From: Candidatus Omnitrophota bacterium | GTDB lineage: Bacteria; Omnitrophota; Gorgyraeia; Gygaellales; JAMWDD01 | Reading direction: 5' to 3' | Assembly: GCA_028717645.1 (NCBI GenBank) | Contig: JAQUNK010000002.1 | Location: 12,897 to 76,896, forward strand | DNA length: 64,000 nucleotides | In this document: positions 63,079-64,000 of the stretch, in pieces | Layout of the letters: each line of letters begins with the position of its first letter | Position numbering within the stretch: position 1 is the stretch's first letter | The notes under the pieces: generated by a model | Told to the model about the DNA's origin: nothing | Database searches by the model: none | What the model saw: only the letters and a program-made list of their open reading frames with translations | Translations under genes and position numbers: made by a program

Positions 63079-64000
63079 ATGTTTAATCGTTTCACTGAAA
63101 GGGCGAGAAAGGTCATTATCCTGGCAAAAGAAGAAGCGCGCAGGTTCAATCACGATTATATCGGCACGGAGCATATCCTTCTGGGCTTGATCCGCGAAGG
63201 CGAAGGCGTGGCCGCGGCGGTGCTGCAGAAAATGGGGATGAGCCTGGAAAATATCCGGCTGGAAGTCGAAAAATTAGTGCAGCCCGGGCCGACGACACAG
63301 ATCATCGGGGACATTCCTTTTACGCCGCGCGCGAAGAAGGCGTTGGAACTGGCTGCGGAAGAAGCGCGCTCGCTCGGGCACAACTATATCGGCACAGAAC
63401 ATTTATTGCTTGGCCTGATCCGCGAGGGCGAAGGCGTGGCCAGCCAGGTATTATTGAATTTGGGCCTTGATCTGAACGGTGTGCGTAATGAAGTAATGAA
63501 CCTCTTGGGTTCAGCGCTCCCCGGTTTTGACCAGCCGCAAGCGAAAACAAAGACGCCGGCACTGGATGCGTTCGGCAGGGATGTTACTACATTGGCTAAG
63601 GAAAATAAACTTGATCCGGTTATCGGCAGGCGTAATGAAATAGAAAGGGTTATCCAGATCTTAAGCCGCCGCACCAAAAATAATCCCGTGTTGATCGGCG
63701 AGGCGGGTGTCGGTAAAACTGCAATTGTCGAGGGCCTGGCCCAGGCGATCATCGCAGGTAGCGTCCCGGAAGTCCTAAAGAATAAGCGTATCGTTACTTT
63801 GGACCTGGCGCTGATGGTCGCTGGCACAAAATACCGCGGCCAGTTCGAAGAGCGGATCAAAGCAGTGATGGAAGAGATAAAACGTTCTCAAGACGTCATC
63901 ATCTTTATCGATGAGTTGCATACTCTGGTGGGTGCGGGTGCTGCAGAGGGCGCGATCGATGCTTCCAATATCCTGAAGCCGTCGTTATCCCGCGGCGAGA
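63079..64000 (+). CDS. clpC: Clp ATPase ClpC (N-terminal Clp-R repeats plus first AAA+ module); 3' end beyond the window
   Basis: [13 protein letters not shown]…GTEHILLGL is repeated twice; Walker [10 protein letters not shown]. The ORF is open to the window end. Confidence 0.85.
   Translation, partial: MFNRFTERARKVIILAKEEARRFNHDYIGTEHILLGLIREGEGVAAAVLQKMGMSLENIRLEVEKLVQPGPTTQIIGDIPFTPRAKKALELAAEEARSLGHNYIGTEHLLLGLIREGEGVASQVLLNLGLDLNGVRNEVMNLLGSALPGFDQPQAKTKTPALDAFGRDVTTLAKENKLDPVIGRRNEIERVIQILSRRTKNNPVLIGEAGVGKTAIVEGLAQAIIAGSVPEVLKNKRIVTLDLALMVAGTKYRGQFEERIKAVMEEIKRSQDVIIFIDELHTLVGAGAAEGAIDASNILKPSLSRGE

Noticed and set aside
1-64000. CRISPR arrays, rRNA genes, tmRNA, RNase P RNA and SRP RNA.
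   Set aside because: No regularly spaced direct repeats with unique spacers were seen, and no rRNA-like conserved blocks or recognisable tmRNA/RNase P signatures were detected by eye. Tools could still find small ncRNAs.

Overview
This 64-kb window is a single bacterial contig at about 45% GC with almost all genes on the + strand. The gene content looks like an uncultivated diderm (Gram-negative-type) lineage: BamA, Skp, a lipid A cluster with fused lpxC-fabZ and LpxI, and LolCDE-type genes, alongside SpoVG, McsA/McsB/ClpC and archease/RtcB. I could not assign a phylum from sequence alone.

Left to right, the window contains:
- A GltD-like oxidoreductase fragment, a leaderless small ABM-like gene, and a minus-strand cold-shock gene with a sigma70 promoter and about 200 nt of 5' UTR.
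- A split NfnAB-type (SudB/SudA-like) NADPH:ferredoxin oxidoreductase, then gdhA.
- A DacA-like carboxypeptidase, two tandem secreted PKD-repeat proteins (456 and about 860 aa) with internal DNA repeats, and a PagL-like outer-membrane beta-barrel.
- A small hypothetical protein flanked by two convergent B12-binding radical SAM enzymes.
- A structured intergenic region feeding an operon: ICMT-family membrane methyltransferase, stand-alone REC, then a roughly 5.2-kb low-GC segment (about 16.93-22.17 kb). That segment encodes two class-I SAM methyltransferases, an alpha/beta-hydrolase-like protein with a GxCxG elbow, and a polytopic-membrane GAF HD-GYP-like protein with a degenerate GYP motif.
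- An HI0933-like flavoprotein, Maf, an orphan AmmeMemoRadiSam radical SAM enzyme, a YdbL-like lipoprotein, an ArnD-like deacetylase overlapping an ArnT-like GT-C transferase, and a 1103-aa GH94-superfamily phosphorylase-like protein.
- hisG, an unannotated 33-codon ORF for an extremely Lys/Arg-rich peptide (bS22-like), a TPR protein, split transketolase, ispE, and a SpoVG homologue carrying an internal zinc-ribbon insertion.
- tRNA-Gln, glmU, prs, rplY, pth, rpsF-ssb-rpsR-rplI, dnaB, then the bamA-skp-lpxD-lpxC/fabZ-lpxA-lpxI cluster.
- A stand-alone CBM48 domain and a small radical SAM protein.
- An RNA-repair and translation neighbourhood: tRNA-Arg with a decayed 5' duplicate, a CsaA/Trbp111-like tRNA-binding protein, tRNA-Lys, archease, rtcB, serS and lysS.
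- lolE/lolD, a class-IV aminotransferase, and mcsA-mcsB-clpC (clpC runs off the window end).

Several families of intergenic palindromic repeats recur across the window, and they are the main non-genic signal. There is a roughly 100-140 bp AT-rich palindromic element in two copies, TTACG-N(12-21)-CGTAA hairpins in at least four copies, and a 14-bp-arm hairpin with the core CCCAAAAGGGCGGGAT in two copies.

No CRISPR array, integrase or transposase was seen. All calls rest on reading ORF translations, motifs and sequence symmetry by eye; no database search was run.
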